Assembly: GCA_951406725.2 (NCBI GenBank)
Contig: OX597815.1
Location: 212,908,001-212,972,000, forward strand
Length of the DNA stretch: 64,000 nt
Origin: Octopus vulgaris
Lineage: Eukaryota
Direction of reading: 5' to 3'
Shown in pieces: positions 49,561 to 61,896 of the stretch. The notes under the pieces are model-generated. The model ran no database searches. It was not told where the DNA came from and saw only the letters and a list, made by a program, of their open reading frames with translations. Positions within the stretch are counted from its first letter, which is position 1; every line of letters begins with the position of its first letter. A program made the position numbers and the translations under genes.

Positions 49561-51898
49561 CTCACAAGTCTGGTATATAAAAATAAAGCTTCTCCCGTGG
49601 TTTTTGTTGGTGTTGTACTGTAGCGACGTGGGATGTTTTAGCTGCGTGAAGAATAATTGAAGCAAACCCACGAACCTTTAACTTTAATATTTATTGCCGG
49701 ACATGATATTTTGAGTTGGCTATTTACAATGAAAGATGCTAATAATACAATTGCCGACTGAGAGGAGAGAAAACTGCGCAGTATCAGTAGAAAGCTGCCT
49801 ATAGGACATCGTGTGAATGTTCAAAAACTGTCCGTGTACCCCAAGTTGTCTGCGCAGAAGTCTGAAACCATCTGGTCGTCTGCTTGGTGAATTAGGCGCC
49901 AACGGTAAAAAGAGGATAAATTCTAGAACAGCTGAGAAGCCAAGTCAGGGTTAGGGTTCGAATCTCTACAAGCTGGTGGGGGCAGACGATTCGAGCCAAG
50001 AGATTTGCACTCACCTTCCGTGCAACCAACCACGGCTTCCTCTTTTCCCTGCGACTGATCAATTTTTCACAACACCCTGCCTCTCTTGCCTAGAGTCGCG
50101 GCTGGACGTCGAAGGAGGTACTGAAATCCACCCTGCGTTCCGGTCTGCTACTCAACCTGAAAAGCTCGATCGAAATGGTGCTGAAAAACCGAACACATTT
50201 ACTTGAAATCAAGTAGCATGCGCCTATTATGGGTTTTGAATAATTCATCTCTGGAAACATGGGTGTTTCGTTCATCATCCTCAAACAACGCTTATTCAGG
50301 GACCTTTTGAGCGGAATGGGCTACTCGACCTGAAGAGAATTCGAACTGGGTCCACCTTCAAGGTTATGCGTTGCTTATCTTGATATGAGATCGTCATGTC
50401 GCACACGTGTGGTTATGATGCATGTGCTTTATGTACCCTTATTAGACGAGTAGTCATGATAGTCATTTTGAGCATCACTTTCATGGTTAATTAAAATAAT
50501 TAGATGAGGAAAACAAAATATTCGCTCAGCGTCATTCTAATGATTTCAGCATGAAGTCGCTCGCAAGACATATTCCAACCTCTCCGTCTACAGACATGCT
50601 ATTTTCCCGCTATCTTTTCCACCATTACTCTGCTTCTCAAAGCTGACTAGGCTTCTGCCGCTTTTACTCATGCATTTCCGTCTTACCTCGTCTCTCATTA
50701 ACCTTGTGTCTAAGGTTCCAAGCATTGCTCAAATCATTACGCCGTCCTTCTTTCTTAGAATGTCGGCCCTCTGGACTTCCTCTTTGTTCGTGTCTTTTCT
50801 ACAGATGTTGACTTAAGTCTAAAAAGAACGTTAATGGTATCAATCTCACCAGTCTAGGAGGCCTTCGAAGCCCATGAGCACTGCTCCTTCCCCCATACTT
50901 AGAAAAAAAAAAAACGATGTGGAAGATAACTCAGGGCATGTTTTGGTCTTATTTAGTTACTGCAGCGAGACTTCATCGTATTTGCCAAAGTAGCGATGAG
51001 AGGACGGGGAAAATTATATTAAAAAAGAAAAAAACGTTTATTACTCCTGGGTACCATCCACCGTTTGTCGAGTTGGGTGTTAATAAAGGGGTAAAAAATT
51101 ATAAACAAGAAAGAAATATAGAAACAAATGCGAAAAGCGTCTTCAGATGCGATGATTCTCAAGACATTGTGCATCAGCATGCATGGCACTTATTTAAAAA
51201 CAAGGAAACAACGGGTGGGATGCGGAGAATCTAAGATTGTAGCTTGGTTGTATCGAAAAGTTTTGATGGCTATCTTTCATTTGTTGGTCAGAAAGCTCTG
51301 AATCCAGTTTCGGAGCACTTTCACTTAATATATGCGAAAGACATGGGTTTTAATGTTCACTTTTGTCGGAAACCCCGAGGAGAAAATTCTAGTTTACACA
51401 ACTCCCTACTTTTTATTTCTCACTGTTCTAGAAAACACGATAGATGTGCTTCTGGAAATGACTTTGACTGACTTTGAGCAAGGATTGTAAATAAACGTAT
51501 AGTATCCCTTCTCTGTTCTAATATCTTTAAAATGTCGAAAATGTTAAGATCAAACTGTGTCTCAGGTGGATGATTGTAGTTTCCATTCAGATTTTGGATT
51601 ATGTGACTCGGGTAAGTGTTTGGAATATCAGACTACAACAGTTATGGGAGACTTCAACCACAAATGCTAACAAGACAGGAAAATACATTTGTTGGTGGTC
51701 TACAGATGGCAGCAAATTTAAGTTGATTAGTCAATTCTTTTCAATGGATCCAGAGAGAGCGCTACTAAAGCAACTGTGAATGGTCATTGAATGCGAGTGA
51801 AATGTAAGAAAGAATCACAAGGCGGACTTTTCAAGCCTAGCCAATCGGCAGGGAACTTGGAGTACACCGAGAACGAAATGGTTGGATAACATCTCTAG

Positions 51899-52107
51899 CA
51901 GTGATTCTCAATGTGGGGCCTAGGAAAATTGTGGTGGGACCTGGGATCCATTTTTTTTTTGTTTGTTCAAGTGGAACATGAAATTGTGAAGATCTTTTTT
52001 CCTCAGAAAACATACTACACCTATGGTTTTTCCCAACCACCAGTGGAACATACACTTTTCTGGAAAGTTGTAGTTGGGCCTCGGGGAAAATAGGTTGAAA
52101 ACCACTG
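51899..52107. mobile_element. hAT-like MITE
   Basis: CAGTGATTCTCAA ... TTGAAAACCACTG; degenerate 8-bp TSD ATCTCTAG / GTCTATAG. Confidence 0.7.
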
Positions 52108-53461
52108 GTCTATAGTTTCAGATGGTCACACTTAAGAATCTAACCGGAAAATCTAATGACGGTTCCTTCAGACTGGTGCCCGGAGACTATCTCCATTACT
52201 CTCCCTGGAAATAGTGGGCGGAGAAAAGTGATGGATGAATGGATGGTCATTGAAGCTACATTAAGAGAGAGATTACAAAATATGACTACGTAATTTGACT
52301 TGTTTTGTATACGTATACTTATAGATTCTGAATCGGTTATGCGTAGAGACGTAGCTAACTAGCGCTCTTCTACAAGAACATTATGTAAGGAAAAAGTGCT
52401 TCGTAAACATGCAGAGAGAACTTCAAATCCTCTCAAGTCCTTTCAATGTGAAAACCATGCCCTGTATGAAGAATATACGAAAGGAATCAGTAGCATCTGG
52501 TATAATTTAATGTTCCCACGTAATTTTAAAGCTACATAATTAGACTTAAAAAATCATACATTTCTACGATAAAATAGTAAAGCATTATTTTTTCCCATTG
52601 GGGTGTATGTTCCAAGAAGAGCGAGAAAGAAAGAAAGAAAGAGAGAGAGAGAAATGGCTATTTTCTCTCTTTTTACTATATTGTGCTTGCAAATAAAGTT
52701 TCTGCAAATTTGGGTGTTTCTTTTTTTTTTTTTACTGAAGCACAAAGTTAAAAAATTTGAGATAAGGATATAATCGGTTAAATAGACTCTAAAATTAGTT
52801 TCAAATTTCGGCACAAGGCCAGCAAGTTCGTGGAATGGGACAAGTCGATTAAATCGATCCCCCAACTTATTTTATCAATCCCGAAAGAATGAAAGACGAA
52901 GTCGACCACGGCGGAATTTGAACTCAGAACATAAAGATAGACGAAATGCCGCTAAGCATTTTGCCCAGCGTAAAACAAAATGGACTGTTATATCGACAAA
53001 TGTTATTTTATCCTCATCATTTTCATAAATTTATTCTTAACATCCACGCTTGTTTTCAGACTTTTAGTTAGCCCTTGTTTCATTTGTTATAAAGAAAGAT
53101 TTATATCTTCCCTTTTATAAATTCCAAATCACTCTGGTAGTTAAAAAAAATATTGGGAGTGTCTATCATATATTATGCATGGACGACAGGGAAGTAAGTC
53201 CTGTTTATCCCATGTGATACATGGACAGGCAAAGAATAAAAGACTAAATTAACTCGAAATTTTCTACTACCGCTTCGGTTCCACCAGTTAATTAAAGTCA
53301 GAACGTAACTAAATAAAGCAAATTATTAAGTCTGGTGCGCTACTGATTTTGTTAACAAATTTTGAAATATGAATTAATTATTGATTTTTCATAACCAATA
53401 AAAAAAAAAAGCAAAATTTTCAATGACCGTATATAAATAATGTATTTCTTAATGAATACAA

Positions 53462-55114
53462 TTAACAGTTCATAATAATGTTGGATACTGTACGAATGTG
53501 AGAAGCAGCAATTGGAGACATGGGGAATGTGGTTCTCATACCAAGACATTTTTCTCGATCGATAAATAATGAATTGTTCTTAATAGCGAGGTCTTCTTCA
53601 AGTGTCGATTTCATTCGAAGTAAATCTTGTAAAGCATCTTCAGCATTATTTAGCTTCTTTTTCAAAATTTCCAGACTGTCGTATATTTCCTCAACTTCTT
53701 CTACCAAACGTATCTGGGCATGATCACGACATGCTTCTATATCCGGGCGTCGTAAACGTGTATTCAATCGACTCTGTGCTACTTTAAGCGGATTCTGTTT
53801 GTCCTGTATACACTTTTTAAGGTATTCAATATTTTTGTTCATATCAAATATTTCCTGAAGTACTTTCGCTAAGTGGGCCTGTAATTTATTTCTTGCAAGT
53901 AGTGTTTCTTGAATTCGATTGGTTAGATTTTGGTTGGTTTGGTTCCATTGATGCCACATTTCATTGCAACAATTCAATAATGTAGTATCAATTTCATTTC
54001 GAAGATGTTTCGATGCTGCTCGTTCGGCTTGCGACCGTTTGATATTATTGTTTGTAAACATACACCATGTTTCAGGATTAGATACGGTATTATCAATTTT
54101 CTCAACACCAAAATGGTAGTTGACACCTATAGATGGCGCTCGCATTTGGAAAGCAGATTCATCTAGGTTGTTTGCAATAAATTTGGCACCTGAATCCCTC
54201 TCCAGTTCGTGTAGAGCAGCTCGTAGAAGATTTAATTGCGCATTAGCTTTGTCTATTGTGTTCCGAAATTTATCTTGACATCTCCTAATTGTTTCTACTT
54301 CTTGAATTAATGATTTTTCTGGACAATCGTGAACTAGATCAATACTTTGTCGTTTTTCTCTGTTGTAGAGACATTCTTGTGTTAAATTCAGAACATTATC
54401 TGATTCAGCCAATGCCTTTTCCACCAAACGTTTCGCTTCTGTCAGATCAGATATTTCGTTCAAGATCGCATCTGTTTCTATAAGGAGTTCGTTTTTCCAG
54501 AAAGTAGTGTCGTTTATTCTCTCACCAAGTTTCTTTCCGACATCTCCCTGAGTGCGGCTGGTTTTGTCGTCAACCTCTTTGCATGTTCGCAAAGTGTTTA
54601 ATCGAAGTCGTTCTGCGCCGTGCCGTACGTAGTCCGACGTATTGTAGTTAGCATTATTGGAAGCTGCCCATTCATTAGGTGTATAACGTGTATACAAAGC
54701 ATTGCGAGATGACTGGAATATTCCTGGCAGAGAAACGGGGTCAACTTTCCCGATCTGTGAGCAACAGCATATTGGATCAGAGACTCGCTTACAAATTGGT
54801 CGAGATGTGTTCACTTTGGAAGCTTGGTAATAAGTTCCGGGCCTCCATGGTAAAACAGTAAGTGACTGACGGACATATGGTGGGGCCATAATGTAATCTT
54901 TTGTTGGAAATACAGATTGACTCTGAGCAATTGAAGGCAAATTCGTTGAATTCATCAATGGCTCTCTTAACAGTCCTTTGCACTGCCCCCGATGATATAT
55001 ATCTGAAGACAATGGATCATCCGGACGTTTTCCCAACCTAATGCGATCACAGCTGTAAAGGGCAGAAGAATGAGGTGCATTTTCACAATACGTTGTTTCG
55101 TTAAGAGTCTCCAT
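53462..55114 (-). CDS. TEKT3: Tektin-3-like axonemal coiled-coil protein, single coding exon
   Basis: 550-aa uninterrupted ORF; ALYTRYTPNEW (tektin-3/5-type), RINDTTFWKNEL, CLYNREKRQSIDLVHD, tektin nonapeptide variant RPDIEACRD, and KNNSLFIDREKCLGMR; good start context AAAATGG. Confidence 0.93.
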   Translation of the reverse strand: METLNETTYCENAPHSSALYSCDRIRLGKRPDDPLSSDIYHRGQCKGLLREPLMNSTNLPSIAQSQSVFPTKDYIMAPPYVRQSLTVLPWRPGTYYQASKVNTSRPICKRVSDPICCCSQIGKVDPVSLPGIFQSSRNALYTRYTPNEWAASNNANYNTSDYVRHGAERLRLNTLRTCKEVDDKTSRTQGDVGKKLGERINDTTFWKNELLIETDAILNEISDLTEAKRLVEKALAESDNVLNLTQECLYNREKRQSIDLVHDCPEKSLIQEVETIRRCQDKFRNTIDKANAQLNLLRAALHELERDSGAKFIANNLDESAFQMRAPSIGVNYHFGVEKIDNTVSNPETWCMFTNNNIKRSQAERAASKHLRNEIDTTLLNCCNEMWHQWNQTNQNLTNRIQETLLARNKLQAHLAKVLQEIFDMNKNIEYLKKCIQDKQNPLKVAQSRLNTRLRRPDIEACRDHAQIRLVEEVEEIYDSLEILKKKLNNAEDALQDLLRMKSTLEEDLAIKNNSLFIDREKCLGMRTTFPMSPIAASHIRTVSNIIMNC

Positions 55115-55907
55115 TTTAAATAGATATGTTCAGGCAGAAATCAAAATCTTTAACCAATTGATCTACTTACTACTACAAATCAAACAATGACGTAAAGAAA
55201 TCGCACATCTTAAGAGGCTGCTTCTCAACAACTAAACAATTTAAACAAACGCAATGAGTTATTTACATAACGTTCAAATTATTTGGCGCGTTTTATCTTT
55301 AGAAGCGTTCAAAATGGCGTCCGATGACACCATTCGATTAAAATTCGTAGAGTTCTGGATTTCAGTGAGAAACAAAAGCTGGTTGGGATCCTCCAATTCT
55401 GCACAGAAATGCCGATTTTGTTTCTAAAGAATTTGTTTTTCAAATTTTATCAAAATAATCGTAATCTACACATTCAAATTCTGAGAATATCTTGTTGTTC
55501 CCACATACAAATTGTTCTCCAAATATAAGCTCTCGGAATTTATATAATCAGTCTTTTCTTCCAAAGTTGATCAGTAATTTGAAACCTAAAGAAATCTATT
55601 TTAACATCAGTGATTTCCTATAAATTTGGAGTTATGAAATAATCGCGGAAAGCCAGTTAAATTTGATTGTTGTTACTAATAGTGGAAGAAATTAAAATGT
55701 AAGCCAATCGTGTAGGATTTGAATGAAAAAGTACGGAGAACTAGACACGGCAAAGCATTTAACTTGTTTCAACACTGTATGATCCAAAAAAGATTGGTAG
55801 CAAGAACTCAAGTAAGTTATCCCTAGAGTTTATTATTTTGTCTATAGATTGACTCTTATGAATCGTGTGTCGAGAGTATGTAGCTCATTAATCTACGATT
55901 ATTAATC

Positions 55908-56053
55908 TTTGAGAAGAATTTCAGCCAACGGAATTTATTTGAGAAGAATTTCAGCCAACGGAATTTATTTGAGAAGAATTTCAGCCAACGGAATTTATTT
56001 GAGAAGAATTTCAGCCAACGGAATTTATTTGAGAAGAATTTCAGCCAACGGAA
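55908..56053. repeat. perfect 30-bp tandem repeat, about 4.8 units
   Basis: unit TTTGAGAAGAATTTCAGCCAACGGAATTTA. Confidence 0.95.
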
Positions 56054-56599
56054 GATCGTTTATTTATTTAGTTATTTTGTAAATGTTGCGCTGTATCCGA
56101 GTTTCAGTGTCAGTTGGTACAGTTTCAAATATTTTCTGATAAAATAATGACGTCTTACAAAGGCACACGGCCACAAATTTGTGGGGGGAAGGAGTCGATT
56201 ATGTCGATTCCAATACTTGATTGGTACTTTATCGACTCTGGACGGCTGAAAGACCGAGTGGATATCTGCGAGATTTGAACTTTGAACGTTAATACTGGAA
56301 GATAACTTCTCCGACACCCTAACAATTCCGCCAATCCATCAGCCTTTATGATGTAAAATAATAGAGATTATTCGATTTATACGGTTCTTTGTGAGATAAA
56401 AACACGAGAATGTTTTATCTCTTCAATTTTTACGATAAAAGACGTAATTTTGTTTATGATGTAAAATAATAGAATTTCGTTATTTTTTTTAGTAAGATAC
56501 AAGAATATGTTTTTGTTTTATGACGTAATATACTGAATATATATTTTTTTCGATGGTCGGAAGTTAAACAAACAGAAAATGAGGCATTGCAGACATTAA

Positions 56600-57808
56600 A
56601 AAATATGATGACCATGCTCTTGATTGAGTTGCGGATCTGTCATGCCTTCTTTGGTCATGGAGATAAAGGGCTCTTCCATTGTGATGACTACTGCTTTGTC
56701 TCAGGGTCATACCTGTAGACCCAATTCTCATCAGTGGTGAGGATCCTCAACATGAAGAATGGGTTATCGGCAGCATGCTGATGGAGATCTCGACAGACTT
56801 TGACACGATGTTCTTTCTGCTTAGTGGTCAACAGGCAGGCGACAAATTTGGCAGAAACTTGCTGCATGTTAGGCGAACTGGCAGAATCGTTAGCACGTCC
56901 GGCGAAATGCTTAGTGGTATTTCGTCTACGCTGCGTTCTGAGTTCAAATTCCGCCGAGGTCGACTTTGCCTTTCATCCTTTCGGGGTCGATTAAATAAAT
57001 ACCAGTTACGCACTGAGCTCGATATAATCGACCTAATCCGTTTGTCTGTCCTTGTTTATCCTCTCTGTGTTTAGCTCCTTGTGGGTAGTAAAGAAATAGG
57101 GATTTCGTCTGTCTTTACTTTCTGAGTTCAAATTCCGCCGAGCTCGACTTTGCCTTTCATCCTTTCAGAGTCGATAAGTTGAGTACCAGTTACGCACTGG
57201 GGTCGATGTAATCGACTTAATCCCTTTGTCTGTCCTTGTTTGTCCCCTCTATGTTTAGCCCCTTGTGGGCAATAAAGAAATAAGAAACATGCTGCATGTT
57301 TAACTCAGACGTTAGGATTGCCTGCATGGACCCATACGACAGACCAACAACATCAGTAAGGTCATTGATTGTCCTCCGACAATGCTCATGCATAAGCTGA
57401 TGAATTTTCCCCAGATTTCCGGTGGGAGGTGACACTCGTAACAGATCTTCCAGATCACTCATCATCTTCCAGGGATGGTCTTCTGCTTTTGAAGCGCCTG
57501 TGCCACTTGAAATATTGTGTACAACCCATTGCTTTGTTACCATTAGCTTGCTGACATACTCAATATCTCTGTAGCAGACTACCAAGTTTAAGGCAAAATT
57601 TCCATGACAAAATCACAGACTGCAGCATACACACATGATCACAAAAACACAAATTTCACAACTTGTGAAGTAAACACAGTGATGTCACTTGGCATACTGC
57701 CTCATGGAAGTCACTGCTTGCTCTCACTGTGCACACAACCATGTGTTGCCATCTGTTGGCGTGATACAGAATTAGTCCAGGAACTTTTTGATACTACCTC
57801 GAATATAT
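56600..57808 (-). mobile_element. mariner relic interrupted by a SINE
   Basis: HQLMHEHCRRTINDLTDVVGLSYGSMQAILTSELNMQHV (mariner HTH2), continuing beyond the SINE; TIR-like CCAGGAACTTTTTGATACTACCTCG near 57777-57801. Confidence 0.7.
56871..57282 (+). mobile_element. tRNA-related SINE with a tandemly duplicated body and an 18-bp TSD
   Basis: TGGCAGAATCG (A-box-like) and GAGTTCAAATTCC (B-box-like); body repeated twice; flanked by AGAAACWTGCTGCATGTT at 56853-56870 and 57283-57300. Confidence 0.82.
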
Positions 57809-58783
57809 ATAGGTGTATATTATCCAAAATGTATAGTATTAAATATCCATCACTGCCGATCTTATCAATCGGTTTCATATAAAGAATACAATGGAGTGTT
57901 GAGTAACAATCCAATTATATAACTTTACGCTCATCAGAGTTAGTAGATATGGCAACTGCTCTCTATTGTTGGAGATGGATTAGCACAACCGGTCAGCAGC
58001 TACTGTGATAAAGGGGGAGAAACGAAAAAGGGCCAAGTTATGTCCCTTGGTTGGGTAAGCTGTGAAGCCAGCAAGAGTTATCTTGAAGTGAGGAAAGTGT
58101 GTATCATTAATGTGGTGCCCTGTGGTGATGGGATGTGTGGTATGTGTAGTGGTGTCATGTATAATTTTTCTGGGGGTGTAGATATATATAGCTGTGTTCA
58201 TTAGTTTGTTTTCTTTCTATAAAAGATAAAGTTGAGGGAGGGTTTTATGTTAGCATGCAGGGTGTAATGTATATGTGGGGTGTCTATGTATAGGGACACA
58301 ATTTGTGTGAAGGGGTCTTTGTTGGGGGTGTTGGAAGTCAGTTTATTTTAGGTAAATTTTGATCTTTTCACCCGCACGATTATCACTAAGAAAAAAAAAT
58401 TGGATATTTTGCGCGGAATCAAGTACTCTGACTTCCTGAAATGCTGCAAACTCCTTATTTTTGTTCAGTAAAAAAGGAGAGGGATCTCCCCTCCCATATC
58501 CCGGAATCATTGGAAATTTTTTTTTCGTTGACTGAATTCCAGTGACTCCTAATATGTTACAAAACCCTTTTGGGGGGCCAGAAAACGGGGTGGGGTGAGG
58601 TGAAACCCTCGGAAATTTCACCCCCACCCCCATTTTCAAATATTTTTTGCTATTTCTTTCTTTACCCATAATTTTAGATAACATTTTGCAGAAATACGTT
58701 TTCGAGAGAGTGTGGATTACATTAGATTGGAATCCCCACCAAATTACAAGACCTCAGCATAAATCCCATCCTTTCCAGGTGCC

Positions 58784-60885
58784 CTACCAAGATTCAATTA
58801 TTGATGTCATTACTTCATCAACTGAGGGCGTTGAATTTAAGGAGCCAATGATAAGTCTTTCTTGCATAGTATCAATCACTATTTCATCCACAACTGACTC
58901 ATGGTTTAGAAGTTCAGAGAAGTGTTCAATCCAGCGACCTGTGATTTCTGTTGATTTAGTAAATAGAGTGGAAGACTTCTTGGAAAGCAAAGGAGCTGAT
59001 GTGGACCTCTTAGGCCCATAAACTTGCATCATAAGATGGTAAAGCTTCTTGCTGTCATTTGCATCAGCAGCAGCCTGAACATCACGAGCAAGATCCTCCC
59101 ACCAAGTCTTCTGCATCTTCCTGAGAGACTGATACAGTAGTGATTATACACTGCTATCGTGGGCAAGTGCTAGATTTCACTGCACAGCTGAAAGTCCGCT
59201 GTGCATCAGTACATTGTGTGTATGGCGCTATGCAGCCAATAGTCGCTAAACTTTAGTATCATTTTCATCAAACCAGTCTCTGTGTCTGGCAGAAGCATAT
59301 CCCAGTGTTTCAGCAGCACATTGAAGAACCTGGTCTCAAAAATCTTCCCATGATGCTGTATTTTCAATGCTGAACAAGCAAGTCTGAAGCTCTTTCCTCA
59401 ACACAGCATCATATATCTTGTGGACATTCAGTCACCAAGGAATACCAACTGGCCTCCTTCTCTCTTTCACTCTAATCATCATCCGGAACTTTACTCACAC
59501 CAGACTGTGATATGTCCAGCATTCCGATCCATGAAAGGACTTGACAAATGTCATTGATGTCATGCTTGTGGATGATGATATAATCCAGCAAGTGCCAAAC
59601 TTTACACCTTAGATGCATGTATGATCATCTTTGTACATGAAATGAGGCTTGTGATGTAAAGTCCATGTTCATCGCAAAGCTCTAGCAGCATGAGACCATT
59701 GCTATTCATTTTCCTCACACCAAAACATCCTAGAGAGTTCCATGTTTGCCAGTCTGTTTCAACCCTGGCACTGAAATCCCCTAGTAGAATGACTTTATCA
59801 GAATTGGGGATTTTCCTAAGTTTGGATCTCAGCTGGGTGTAAAAAATACTTTTATCTTCATCACAGCTAGTCAAAGTAGGTGCATAAGCACTTATTAGAA
59901 TAGCAAACCACCCACCTTTCAGATGCAATCGTAGAGTTATTAGACGTTCATTTATAGGAACAGGAAGCTCCTCCAACTTCTTAAGGATATCCGTCAGTTG
60001 CGCTAAACTGACCAGACATAGAAAGACAGGCAATTTTTGGTTCACCTTTTCTGAACCTCCCCAGCCTCTAGGTGAGCAGTGCCCTCTCCAAATGGAGCTG
60101 CTCAAATATCCATCAGCAACTGAATCCTACTGCTGTCTTAGGCAGCAAGGAGACAACTTCATATCTAGCATGGGCCACCTACGAGCAGGTCACTGACTAC
60201 ATGCTTCCAGCCTGTTGGGTCTGCATGCTTCACCACCTTCCCATCACCACAGGACTTCCGAATAAAAAAATACTAAAAAGAATAGATATATAAATATATA
60301 CTAAAAATAAAGATACATATATACTGAAAATATAATATATATATATATATGTATATATATGCCTGTGAAGAGTTTTAGGTCTAATAAGGCTTGCACAACA
60401 CCTTATAGACCTTCTCCATTTTATTGACTTTATCCAGAGACAAGCCAGGGCAAGATGTCTGGTTCCAATATGAGTCATAATCTCAGGGATGAGGAAGTGC
60501 CATGATCTCAAGCACAAACCAAAAATCCCCAAAATGTTCAATGCCATTCCCTGCACATCTGGTTTTATATCAGAGTGACCTTCCAGAGATATGTTTCAAC
60601 AGAAGCTGAGGAGGGCCTCACCCCCAGGGGTCTTTCAGCACGCTGGACACCATCCTGGAATTTCTGTGTACCCTTGCTATTGCTAGATAGCCGTTGAGCC
60701 TGCACTAGGTTCATTGGGCCTTTCAACAGGTCTTGTTTTTAATCCTGCTGGGTTTCTAGCAACCCTCCTCACCAGGAAAGCCTGTTTGGGGTGCCAGTTT
60801 AGTTGCCGACAACCCGACCATGCAACAGGTTATACTGGATTCCATGCTACCTGTAGCACTTATGAGAGCCTCATAAGTGACCTGA
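58784..60885 (-). mobile_element. degenerate RTE LINE, 5' half (5' UTR, APE endonuclease, linker)
   Basis: ERLITLRL...LISAYAPTL...VILLGDFSARV...NSNGLMLLELC and WWEDLARDVQAAAD...RWIEHFSELLN; multiple stops and frameshifts. Confidence 0.85.
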
Positions 60886-61593
60886 CAAAAATGAACATAT
60901 TCACATAAATACACCCATATATCTATACATACATATATATGCACATGTAGTCCACACAGAGGTACACAAATATAAATGTATACATACATACCTATAAACA
61001 CATACATATATACACGTAAACACATACATCCACACTAACATATATACATAATGAGGTTCCCATGAGTACTTACAGACACTTATATGGTAAGCTGACAGGC
61101 ACAGGCACTAAAAAAGAAAAGACAGAGAGGGGAAACCTCTACCCACAGGCCAAGAGTACAACCAGCTAGGGTGAAAGTCATGTGTATCTATAATTAAACA
61201 GTAAGGGTCGGGGCAGAAGGCATAACTTTTTGCCAGATGGTAACTGTTTATAACGGATGTCAAGATTCAGAAAAATTACTATAATTATTATTATCAATGC
61301 ACCCTAAGCCACATAATATTATAGATTAACGTTTCAAGCCATATATCATCATATAAACATCGTAGGATTATATGAAAAACCATACTATCCATCCAGTTCT
61401 AACAGGACAGTATCTTCTGTCCTGTTCTAATTAGTATTTATACTAATCTAATCCATATGCATATATATATATATATATATATATATAAGAAATATTTTCT
61501 TATTTTGATAATCAGTGAATAGACTTCACTGAGTATAGATATATACAATTACGAAGTCGAGACAAATATCACCGGTTGACCGGTGTCTGCTAC

Positions 61594-61638
61594 TCTAGGC
61601 CAATGAAGGACAACGATCCTGAAACACGTGTCCCTAGA
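61594..61638 (+). ncRNA. decayed type-I hammerhead-like motif
   Basis: TCTAGG-CCAATGA-AGGA(CAACGA)TCCT-GAAA-CACGTG-TC-CCTAGA: perfect 6-bp stem I, 4-bp stem II, palindromic stem III and GUC cleavage triplet; core differs from CTGATGA at 2 positions. Confidence 0.6.
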
Positions 61639-61833
61639 TGCAGTTTCGGCAGCCGGGGGTGTTTGTCTCCCCTTCGTATATGTATATAAGGACACAGGGA
61701 AAATGTGTCAAAGCCATCAGGAGGCGTTCGATGCTTCCTAGGGCTATACAGCGGTGGTGTACCCCCTACTGTCACGTTCTTGTTAGATTGACAGTATACA
61801 ACCATTCTATCGCCCCACCACCGTACATGTCTC

Positions 61834-61896
<63 letters not shown>

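Noticed and set aside
52721-52733. T-run as the poly(A) remnant of a tektin retrocopy
   Set aside because: Such runs are common in this window, and no matching TSD was found upstream of the gene
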